The notes under the pieces are model-generated. The model ran no database searches, was not told the origin of the DNA, and saw nothing but the letters and a program-made list of their open reading frames with translations. The translations under genes were made by a program, and so were the position numbers. Positions 53,608 through 64,000 of a stretch of 64,000 nt of DNA are shown here, piece after piece (the stretch's first letter is position 1; every line of letters begins with the position of its first letter). Origin of the DNA: Eledone cirrhosa (lineage: Eukaryota); assembly GCA_964016885.1 (NCBI GenBank), contig OZ024742.1, positions 21,266,001 through 21,330,000 on the forward strand, read 5' to 3'.

Positions 53608-56600
53608 CCTTGAATCTCAGTCATTGATGTTGGTTAACTGGAAAGTCCGTTGGATTGAATATCAAGCCACTACCTGCAGCCTCAGATATTCAGGACGTAT
53701 CGGAGGGTTCTTGCCGTTACAAGCAAGCATGCCTTTTGAAGCGTTCCAAAAAGCGTGAAGGGGCCGATTTTCTTTAACCATCCCTGGAAACCTTTGGAGA
53801 TAGTCCCCAGTGCGCCTATGACAATCGGGATCACTTTGACTTCATGGCAGTTCCAAATCCGTTTCACCTCCCACTTTAGGTCCTGGTATCGGTTAATTTT
53901 CTCCCTCTCATTCTCTTGCACTCTCGTGTCGAACGGGCAGGCCACATCCACAATCAGGCACGATCTTTTTTCTTTGTCCACAACCACCAGGTCAGGTCTA
54001 TTGTGTTCCAGTTTTTTGTCCGTCTGTATCCTAAAATCCCACAGCACCTTCACCTGACTGTTCTCCATCACCGCCTCTGGCCTATGCTCATACCATTTCT
54101 CAGAATGTGGTAGATTGTTTACTTTGCACAGGTGCCAGTGGATCACCCTGCCCATCACATCGTGTCTCCAGCCCTTATAGTGGGTCTGGGCTAGGTGTTT
54201 ACACTCGGACACAATGTGAGCCACAGTCTCCTCTCTCTCTCCACAGATCCTGCACAGTGGGCTAGCCTCCTCCTTGTAGATATGGTGCTTCAACCACTTC
54301 GTTTTGAGGGCCTGCTCCTGCGCAGCCATTAGCATTCCTTCTGTAGCCTTTTTGAGGTCTCCTCTTCTCAACCAGTTCCATGTCTGTGGATCTCTAAATT
54401 CAGTTTTCTCAAAGAAGGTACTATGAAGGGATTTTCCCTTAAGGCTGCTCTTCCTCCTTGATGTTATTTCCTCCTTGGATATCCCCTGGCCTACTGTCCC
54501 CTCCTTCAGTACAGCTCTGAGCATTGGCTCCTTACTATAGGTCACGTATTTGTATAGGTTGTTTTTCTCCATCTGAACACAGTCCTCTATGCTGATAAGA
54601 CCTCTTCCACCCTCAGATCTCCTTAGGTAGAGTCTATCGACATCACTCCTCTTGTGGAACATGTTGTAGATAGTCAATAGCTTCCTAGTCTTCCTATCCA
54701 TTTCTTTTTGTTCAGCAACATTCCATCTCAGAATTCCCGCACTGTACCTAATAATAGACACAGCTCGGGAATTTACTGCGCTTATGGCATTTCTGCTGTT
54801 CAGATGTGACTTCAATACGCTCCTTACTCTCCGAATGTATTCAGTTCTTAACAATTCCTTCATTTTTTTGTTCTTTATGCCATCAGCCTCCAGAACGCCC
54901 AAATACTTGTATCCTTCCTCAGAGTCAATTTCCTTTATCATCTCACCTGTTGGTATCTGGATCCCGTTACTTCTGCTCAACCTACCCCTCCTCATCACAA
55001 TGACTCCACATTTACCAATACCAAACTGCATACATATATCACTGCTGAAAATACGGACAGTGTCAACAAGCACATCCAACTCCTTCTCACTTTTCCCGAA
55101 GAGCTTAAGATCGTCCATGAAGAGGAGGTGATTGATGGTAAGCTCTCCCCTTCCCAACTTGTATCCTGCTCTCACTTTTCGCAGCATAATGGTCAAGAGC
55201 ATCAGGGCAAGGACAAACAACAGAGGGGACAGGCTATCTCCCTGGAAGATACCTCTCTTGATCTTCACGCTTCCCAAGGATACTCTAGTTGATGTCAACT
55301 CTGTCTCCCAGGACCCCATACTCCTGCCCAGCAACTGTCTGATGTTATCTGCCACCCTGAAGATCTCCAGGCTTTTGGTGATCCAGGAATGAGGCACCAT
55401 GTCAAATGCCTTTCTGTAGTCTATCCATCCCATGGCAAGATCAGTGTGTCTCCTCCTGCAATTCCCCATTACCATCTTATCAATAAGCAACTGGTCCTTT
55501 GTACCACGTGACTTCTTTCGGCATCCTTTCTGTTCGTCCGGCAACAAGTTGTTTGTGTGGAGGTGATGGTAGATTTCCTCAGACACAATGCTCGTCAACA
55601 GTTTCCACATTACGGGCAGACATGTGATAGGTCTATAGTTGGTAACATCATTACCCTTGATTCGGTCTTTCATTATCAGAACTGTGGTACCTTTTGTCAA
55701 CCACTCTGGCACCTCACCCGACACCAAGCAGTCATTGAACATGGCCGTCAGCTTCGGGTGGAGGGATGTTAAATGTTTAATCCAATACCCCTGCACACCA
55801 TCTGGGCCTGGTGATTTCCAGTTGGTTAGTTTTTTGGCTTGCCCCTTAAGAGTTTCAACTGTGATACTCAAATCAGTCTGTTGCTGTGCCTGCTCACCGA
55901 TCTCCCTCTGTACTGTCTCAATCCACCCTGCCTGGGCATTGTGTCTAACATCCTGCTCCCATATTCCTCTCCACAATGTTTTAGCTTGTTCCGCCCCAGG
56001 GATCAAGTCGTTGCCTCTTTCTTTCCCCTCAAGCTGTCCAAACAGCATCTTCTGGTTGTTGTCGAACATGCGGTTCTGTTTATACTGACTGACTCTGTTC
56101 TCGTATCGCCTGATTTTGGCACTCTTTGCTACAATGCGTTGCTTCAATTCCTCTATGATAATATTTAGCTTTTTACTCCTAGTTTTGTATTTTATTTCCA
56201 GTCTATTTTTAGTGCCTATGTTTTTTAGTGTCCCATTCAGTAGTGACTCAAGCTTTCCTATGTCATTTCTCATTTCCTCGATTTGCCCACTCAGTCGCTT
56301 CTTCCACCACGGCTTTGCTCTTTCTTGTCTGTTGTTTCCTCTCGCTTTTATACCAAGTAGTTTCCTCACCGTATTTGCTGTTGCTTTGAGGATATTGTTG
56401 CACTGGTGAAGACTCCTCGCCTCAAGGTATGGGATGACTTTGTTTACCTTAGCTGTTGTTTCTTTTAACTTTTTCCTGTCTACAAATCTTAGGTTCATAG
56501 GTCTCCCACTATCATTGTTCAACTCATCTACCACTAAATTTAGGATGTCAACCGAATCTTGTCCTAGCCCGTCAGCATTCATCTCCTCAGTGGCCGTATC

Positions 56601-57181
56601 TCTGTTCCAGGTATTATTTATCTCAGTATTCAGATCATTGTTTGCTTCGGGTGGTTCCTCCGTTCTCAGGACCTCCTCACCTTCATTTCCCGCTGGCTCG
56701 CTTGTCTGGCATACTACACCCGCCATCTCCAAGCCATTCTCTCTGCTCAGTTCCTCCAGTTCCAGCTCGCTTATCCACCCATTAGTTCTTATTACCCGAG
56801 CCTGCCCGGCCAATTTTTGTTCATCTAATTTAAATAAACCAATCTCGTTCCAGATGTTATGCATCCGTCTCCTGTAGCCCCTCTCCTTGGGGTTACTTTT
56901 CAGGTAGCATTGCATAACAGTTCTATTCAATTCTTTCGTCCAGTTGGTTCTGGCCCCTTTCCTTCTTCTTCTTCCTCCAACATCAGCAGTATTTGGTTGA
57001 CAGTCAGGTTCCTGCTGCTGAGCCAGGGGGCACCTGTTGGGTGAGAGTCTGTCACATGACGTTCTAGTCTCCATTTCACCGTTATTCGAACTGTTTATGT
57101 TCGATATTTAAACACTCTTATCGAGGATTGGCGAATGTATGTTTACATAGCCATCTGTGGATCCGCCATCCCACTTGGCCC
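53608..57181 (-). mobile_element. R4/Dong-clade retrotransposon, apparently full length
   Basis: Single ORF with short UTRs, flanked by (TAA)n on its sense strand, consistent with the known Dong target. Confidence 0.93.
53682..57074 (-). CDS. intact 1130-aa RT-RLE protein
   Basis: Myb-like WTKELN..W N-terminus, IDYRKAFD, GIFQGDSLSP, FMDD, CRIC..H...C, RHD, RPD..D..K..Y. Confidence 0.93.
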   Translation of the reverse strand: METRTSCDRLSPNRCPLAQQQEPDCQPNTADVGGRRRRKGARTNWTKELNRTVMQCYLKSNPKERGYRRRMHNIWNEIGLFKLDEQKLAGQARVIRTNGWISELELEELSRENGLEMAGVVCQTSEPAGNEGEEVLRTEEPPEANNDLNTEINNTWNRDTATEEMNADGLGQDSVDILNLVVDELNNDSGRPMNLRFVDRKKLKETTAKVNKVIPYLEARSLHQCNNILKATANTVRKLLGIKARGNNRQERAKPWWKKRLSGQIEEMRNDIGKLESLLNGTLKNIGTKNRLEIKYKTRSKKLNIIIEELKQRIVAKSAKIRRYENRVSQYKQNRMFDNNQKMLFGQLEGKERGNDLIPGAEQAKTLWRGIWEQDVRHNAQAGWIETVQREIGEQAQQQTDLSITVETLKGQAKKLTNWKSPGPDGVQGYWIKHLTSLHPKLTAMFNDCLVSGEVPEWLTKGTTVLIMKDRIKGNDVTNYRPITCLPVMWKLLTSIVSEEIYHHLHTNNLLPDEQKGCRKKSRGTKDQLLIDKMVMGNCRRRHTDLAMGWIDYRKAFDMVPHSWITKSLEIFRVADNIRQLLGRSMGSWETELTSTRVSLGSVKIKRGIFQGDSLSPLLFVLALMLLTIMLRKVRAGYKLGRGELTINHLLFMDDLKLFGKSEKELDVLVDTVRIFSSDICMQFGIGKCGVIVMRRGRLSRSNGIQIPTGEMIKEIDSEEGYKYLGVLEADGIKNKKMKELLRTEYIRRVRSVLKSHLNSRNAISAVNSRAVSIIRYSAGILRWNVAEQKEMDRKTRKLLTIYNMFHKRSDVDRLYLRRSEGGRGLISIEDCVQMEKNNLYKYVTYSKEPMLRAVLKEGTVGQGISKEEITSRRKSSLKGKSLHSTFFEKTEFRDPQTWNWLRRGDLKKATEGMLMAAQEQALKTKWLKHHIYKEEASPLCRICGEREETVAHIVSECKHLAQTHYKGWRHDVMGRVIHWHLCKVNNLPHSEKWYEHRPEAVMENSQVKVLWDFRIQTDKKLEHNRPDLVVVDKEKRSCLIVDVACPFDTRVQENEREKINRYQDLKWEVKRIWNCHEVKVIPIVIGALGTISKGFQGWLKKIGPFTLFGTLQKACLLVTARTLRYVLNI

Positions 57182-57189
57182 TTATTATT

Positions 57190-57251
<62 letters not shown>

Positions 57252-57377
57252 GGGTATGTGTGTGTTTCTGTGTGTGTTAAAACATATATCAACAATTATA
57301 CTCAATGTATATACGAATGAAATATGTTTATTTTCCCAGCTTAAACATTTAAACATCTAGATATCTGGTAAAGAGTG

Positions 57378-57570
57378 ACCAGATGCACGTTGGTGTGATG
57401 GTTAAAATCCCGGGTTCTTCATACAGCAGATACCTAGTTCGACCCTTCTAGCATCTCCGAAGAAGGACTAGGCTCCAAAACGTTAGATATTTTTTCCGTT
57501 ATTTCAAGCGTTAAACCAATATATTTCTTCAATATACTGTGTCGTTTGCTTTATTTTTGTTTACTTTTCA
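57378..57570 (+). mobile_element. short element with tRNA-like A/B boxes followed by a hammerhead-like motif
   Basis: tggtgtgatgg (A box), agttcgacc (B box), atct-CCGAAGA-aggactaggctcc-aAAA-cgtt-agat. Confidence 0.45.
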
Positions 57571-58042
57571 TACACACACACACACACACATGTGTGTGTG
57601 TATGTGTCTTTGTTTAAGCGTTTGTCAACGATATTCCACCAATATTCAACGTTTCTTATTTTAAACCATAAAGGCTTGCTATAAGGTAGAAGTGGCTGCT
57701 AGTTTTAGCATGTCAAGCAAACAAGAAGAAGACGTTCAGATTCCTTTAGACTGTGCAATATATTTGTAATTATAGTAGTTTGCCCTTGTCAACACAAATG
57801 CCATTCTACTACTTCGATTAAAATGTTTTCGTTACCAAGCAGCAACACGAAATTATGACAAGCTTGGTATCACGTGTTTCCGATCTCCATACATCTAGAC
57901 AACCCCAGAAATAATTTATTTTTTGATAATTTTCATTGTATATTTCAGTCTTTTTTCTTGTCTTAGCCATACAATTTGTAAATTTACTATTGTTTCCATC
58001 TGTATATTGTCTATATATATAGGGTTTACTCACACACACACA

Positions 58043-58136
<94 letters not shown>

Positions 58137-58175
58137 TATATATATATAAATGAAAATGTGTGTGTGTGTGTGTGT

Positions 58176-58223
<48 letters not shown>

Positions 58224-58246
58224 ACACACACACACAAATACACACC

Positions 58247-58298
<52 letters not shown>

Positions 58299-58711
58299 GA
58301 TACACACACACACACACGCACATATATATATATGTGTGTGTGTGTGTGCTTCTGCTTGTGCGTGTGCTTGCGTGTGTATGTATGCGTGTGCGCGTGCGTG
58401 CGTGTCCACGTGTACGTGTGTGTTGTGTGTATCAAAACAAACGAAATATCACACTGAAAATGTTCTAGGCGTTTGAACTGGAGGATAAATTGAGAGAAGA
58501 CAAATAAAGAAGGTTCAAAATAAAAATATTTTAGTGAAATATCCACGTTATCTAAACAGATATGCAGCAGGCTGAAATAATTTATCTCCTCTAGAAAATG
58601 TAATTAAGTGATGATAGGAATTTGTGCAACAGGAGCATAAAATAATGATAGTATTTAAAATAACAGTTTAAAATAAATATCAGGATGAGAAAAAAGGGCG
58701 AATTAAATACT

Positions 58712-59105
58712 GATTTCTAGTATAGGCACAAGGCCTGTAATTTGGGGATAGGGCAAAGTCTATTAAATCGACCCCAGTGCGTGACTGGTACTTTATTTCA
58801 TCGACCCCGTAAGGATGAAAGGCAACGTTAACCTCGGCGGAATTTGAACTCAGACAATAAAGGGCCGTAACTCTATACTGCAAAGCACGGCGTCAGAATC
58901 TCCACCGATTCTGCCAATTCACCACATAATTGTTTCTACTTTAGGTACAAGGCCAGCAATTACCCAGTACATTACTGGTACTTTATTTTATCGACCCCGT
59001 AAGGATGAAAGGCAAAGTTAACCTCGGCGGGATTTGAACTCAGACTGTAAAGGGACGTAGCTATACTAGAAAGCATGGCGTCCAACCTTCTCCGATACTG
59101 CCAAT
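58712..59105 (-). mobile_element. two tandem Meta-like SINE copies
   Basis: 58712-58920 and 58930-59105; same core as 3700-3885. Confidence 0.8.
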
Positions 59106-59544
59106 CCCCCACATAATACCAAACATTTTGCTCCGGGGAACAGACAGTGACACCAAATCTATCAACCATTTTATATCACAGGGCTCGACCTCCTATGAGA
59201 TACTCTCCTGCCAAGATAGGGCTTGTCCGTGAACAGTGGACATTAGGGATCTTGACTGTACTTAAACCATACCGTCGGTCAAGGCTCATAATCTGGATAC
59301 TCTCTTCTCTCCAACGATAAGGACGCCACTGACTGGGTTTGTGTCTCTATTCAAACATTCCCAGTGTGCTGTAACCTGAAATGTTTACTTCAGGAAAATA
59401 TAATTGATCGATTATTATGCGATAAAAAAGATTATTATATATTATTATACAAATGTGATTTAACTTATTTTTTCCATGTTGAAAACATTACCATAGTGAG
59501 AAAACCATTTTCTATTAAAAGTGAGGAAAAAAACGACACTGATA

Positions 59545-60660
59545 CACACATACACATACATCAATCACCACCACCACACAGATACACACATACATACATC
59601 AATGACCACCACCACACACATACACACATATATACATCAATCAACACCACAACACATATACACATACATCAACCACCACCACACACATACACACATACAT
59701 ACATCAATCAACACCACAACACATACATACATCAATCACCACCACCACACACATACACACATACATACATCAATCACCACTACCACACACATACACATAC
59801 ATATATACATATATCAACCACCACCACAACACATATACACATGTATACATCAATCACCACAACCACAACAAATACACACATACATCAGCCACCACCACAA
59901 CACCTACATACACATACATACACCAATCACCACCACCACAACACATATACACATACATACATACATCAATCACCACATACATACACACATACATACATAC
60001 ATACATACATCAATCACCACACCACAACACATATACACATACATACATCAATCACCACCACCACACACATAAACACATACATACACACACACACACACAT
60101 ACATACACATACATCAAGTACACCACCTCACAACACATACACATACATCAAGTACCCCACCCCACAACACATACATACATCATGTACCCCACCCCACAAC
60201 ACACAAACACATACAGCAAGTACCCCACCCCACAACAGACGCATACATCAAGTACCCCACCCTACAACACACATGCACATACATCAAGTACCCCACCCCC
60301 CAACACACACATACATCCTGTACCCCACCCCACAAAACAAATACACATACATCAAGTACCCCACCCACAACACATACACACATACATCAATCACCCACAT
60401 GATACGTACATCAACAAAAAACCCCACCCCCACCTCACATCATACATCCAGCAACAAACACCCCGCCTCCACTCAACATCCTACATACATCAACAAACAA
60501 CCCCCACCTCCACCCTACAACATATGTACATCAATAAACACCCCACCCCTACACCACATACATCAAGAAACACATCACCCCCACCCCTACAACACACATA
60601 CATCAATCCCGCCCCAACAAACCTACGCCAATCAGACCCGCCCCCGCCCCACAACACATA
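59545..60660. repeat. degenerate CA-rich minisatellite (acacatacatcaatcaccacc grading into acatcaagtaccccacccc)
   Basis: Direct inspection; source of the spurious His/Thr-rich ORFs. Confidence 0.85.
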
Positions 60661-60774
60661 AAATATAACCGGGATCAATAATCGTAATATTACCTTCTAA
60701 AAATTACATTCAATATCTGGGAATTCCCATTTTACGGATAATTGATCTTCGGAGAATTCCTTTTGACATTTAAC

Positions 60775-63700
60775 AATGTTACATATCACCTTTCTTCCAG
60801 TATACTTATCTGCTATTTATAAACCATGTGGTGTTCCCACAGCATACGTATCACCCTTCTTCCAGTATCTCTGATTGACAAATCTTCCAGTATACATGTC
60901 TGCTATTTATAAACCATGTGGTGTTCCCACTGCATACGTATCACACTTCTTCCAATATCTATGATTGACAAATCTTCCAGTATACATGTCTGCTATTTAT
61001 AAACCATGTGGTGTTTCCACAGCATACATATCACCATTCTTCCAATATCTCTGATTGACAAATCTTCCAGTATACATGTCTGCGATTTATAAACCATGTG
61101 GTGTTCCCAGAGCATACGTATCACACTTCTTCCAATATCTCTGATTGACAAATGTTCCAGTATACATGTCTGCTATTTATAAACCATGTGGTGTTCCCAC
61201 TGCATACGTATCACCCTTCTTCTAATATCTATGATTTACAAATCTTCCAGTATAAATGTCTGCTATTTATAAACCATGTGGTGTTTCCACAGCATACATA
61301 TCACCATTCTTCCAATATCTCTGATTGACAAATCTTCCAGTATACATGTCTGCTATTTATAAACCATGTGTTGTTTCCACTGTATACATATCACCCTTCT
61401 TCAAATATCTCTGATTGACAAATGTTCCAGTATACATGTCTGCTATTTATAAACCATGTGGTGTTTGCACTGCGTACGTATCACATTACACCAATATCCC
61501 TGATTGACAAATGTTACAGTATATATGTCTGCTATTTATAAACCATGTGGTGTTTCCACTGCATACATATCACCTTTCTTCCAATATCTCTGATTGAGAA
61601 ATGTTCCAGTATATATGTCTGCTATTTATAAACCATGTGGTGTTTCCACTGCATACATATCACATTTCTAACAATATCTCTGTGTGATAAATGTTCCAGT
61701 ATACATGTCTGCGATTTATAAACAATGTGGTATTTCCACTGCAAATCACATTTCTTCCAATATCTCTGATCGACAAATGTTTTTGTATACATGTGTGCTA
61801 TTTATAAAACATGTGGTGTTTCCACTGCATACATATCACATTTCTTCCAATATCTCTGATTGACAAATGTTTCAGTTTATAACTCTGCTATTTATAAACC
61901 ATGTGGTGTTTCCACTGCATACATATAACCTTCCTTCCTATATCTCTGATTGACAAATGTTCCAGTATACATGTCTGCTATTTATAAAACATGTGGGTTT
62001 CCACACCATACATATCACCTTTCTGCCAATATCTCTCATTGACAAATGTTCCAGTATATATGTCTGCTATATATAAACCATGTGGTGTTTCCACTGCATA
62101 CATATCTGATTTCTTCCAATATCTCTGATTGACAAATGTTCCATTATATATGTCTGCTATTTATAAACCATGTGGTGTTTCCACTGCATACATATCAAAT
62201 TTCTTCCAATATCTCTGATTGAGAAATACGTGTCTGCTATTTATAAACCATGTGGTGTTTCCACTGCGTACATATCACCTTTGTTCCAATATCTCTAATT
62301 GACAAATCTTCCAGTATATATGTCTGCTATTTATAAACCATGTGGTGTTCCCACTGCATACATATGCCCTTTCTTCGAATATCTCTGCTTGGCAAATCTT
62401 CTAGTATATATGTCTGCTATTTATAAACCATGTCGTATTTCCACTGCATACATATCACATTTCTTCCAATATCTCTGATTGACAATTATTCCAGTATACT
62501 TGTCTGTTATTTATAAACCATGTGGTGTTTCCACTGCATACATATCACATTTCTTCCAATATCTCTCATTGACAACTGTTCCAGTATACATGTCTGCTAT
62601 ATATGAACAATGTGGTGTTTCCACTGCATACATAACATCTTTCTTCCAATATCTCTGATTGACAAATCTTTCAGTATACTTGTCTGTTATTTATAAACCA
62701 TGTGGTGTTTCCACTGCATACATATCAACTTTCTTCCAATATCTCTGATTGACAATCTTCTACTCTACATGTCTGTTATTTAAAAACCATGTGGTGTTTC
62801 CACTGCATACATATCACATTTATTCCAACATCTCTGATTGACAGATGTTCCAGTATATATGTCTGCTATATATAAACCATGTGGTGTTTCCACTGCATAC
62901 ATATAACCTTTCTTCCAAAATCCCTGATTGACAAATGTTCCAGTATACATATCTGCTATTTATAAACCATGTGGTGTTTCCACTGCATACATATACACTT
63001 CCAATATATCTGATTGACAAATCTTCCAGTATACATGTCTGCTATTTATAAACCATGTGGTGTTTCCACTTCATACCTATCACCTTTCTTCCAATATTTC
63101 TGAATGACAAATGTTCCAGCATACATGTCTGCTATTTATAAACCATGTGGTGTTTCCACTTCATACATATCACCTTTCTTCCAATATCTATATTGACAAT
63201 CTTCTACTATACATGTCTGTTATTTAAAAACCATGTGGTGTTTCCACTGGATACATATCACATTTCTTCCAACATCTCTGATTGACAAATGTTCCATTAT
63301 TCATGTCTGCTATTTATAAACCATGTGGTGTTTCCACTGCATACATATCACATGTCTTCCAATATCTCTGATTGACAAATGTTCTACTATACATGTCTGC
63401 TATTTATAAACCATGTGGTGTTTCCACTGCATACATAACCCCTTTCTTCCAATATCTCTGATTGACAAATGTTCTAGTATACAGGTCTGCTATTTATAAA
63501 CCATGGGGTGTTTGCACTGCATACATATCACCTTTATTCCAATATCTCTGATTGACAAATCTACCAGTATGCATGTCTGCTATTTATAAACCATGTGCTG
63601 TTTGCACTGCGTACATATCACCTTTATTCCAATATCTCTGATTGACAAATGTTCTAGTATACATGTCTGCTATTTATAAACCATGTGGTGTTCCCACTGC

Positions 63701-64000
63701 ATACGTATCACCCTTCTTCTAATATCTATGATTTACAAATCTTCCAGTATAAATGTCTGCTATTTATAAACCATGTGGTGTTTCCACAGCATACATATCA
63801 CCATTCTTCCAATATCTCTGATTGACAAATCTTCCAGTATACATGTCTGCTATTTATAAACCATGTGGTGTTTGCACTGCGTACGTATCACATTACACCA
63901 ATATCCCTGATTGACAAATGTTACAGTATATATGTCTGCTATTTATAAACCATGTGGTGTTTCCACTGCATACATATCACCTTTCTTCCAATATCTCTGA
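60775..64000. repeat. 90-bp tandem satellite, about 36 units, running off the window end
   Basis: Unit ccagtatacatgtctgctatttataaaccatgtggtgtttccactgcatacatatcacatttcttccaatatctctgattgacaaatgtt. Confidence 0.97.

Noticed and set aside
57075-57181. HDV-like ribozyme in the Dong 5' UTR
   Set aside because: Hairpin potential exists (ggatggcg/cgccaatcc), but I could not fit the double pseudoknot by eye; it needs a motif search.
59364-60668. 434-aa His/Thr-rich ORF
   Set aside because: Translation of a CA-rich minisatellite.
60775-64000. CRISPR array or C2H2 zinc-finger tandem exon
   Set aside because: No unique spacers; the unit is 90 bp, not 84; the consensus has a stop in all six frames and no C2H2/TGEKP pattern.

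Overview
Repeat-dominated, AT-rich eukaryotic DNA, most likely a cephalopod (Octopus-like), inferred from the SINE types and the (TA)n/(ATT)n/(CA)n density. No host gene can be called with confidence; there are only weak candidate minus-strand exons near 13.5 and 14.9 kb. The window holds three decayed Tx1/L1-clade LINEs and three R4/Dong-clade RLE retrotransposons (one with an intact 1130-aa ORF). These are stacked tail-to-tail in (ATT)n arrays three times. It also holds a CRE-clade element with a target-site duplication, many Penelope-like element remnants with inverted pLTRs in (TA)n that carry minimal hammerhead ribozymes (including U3:A8 and U4C core variants), several SINEs, and a 90-bp satellite with higher-order structure. 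The most notable observation is a conserved 52-53-nt GT..AG spacer in all three Tx1 copies; splicing it would fuse ORF1 to ORF2 in frame.
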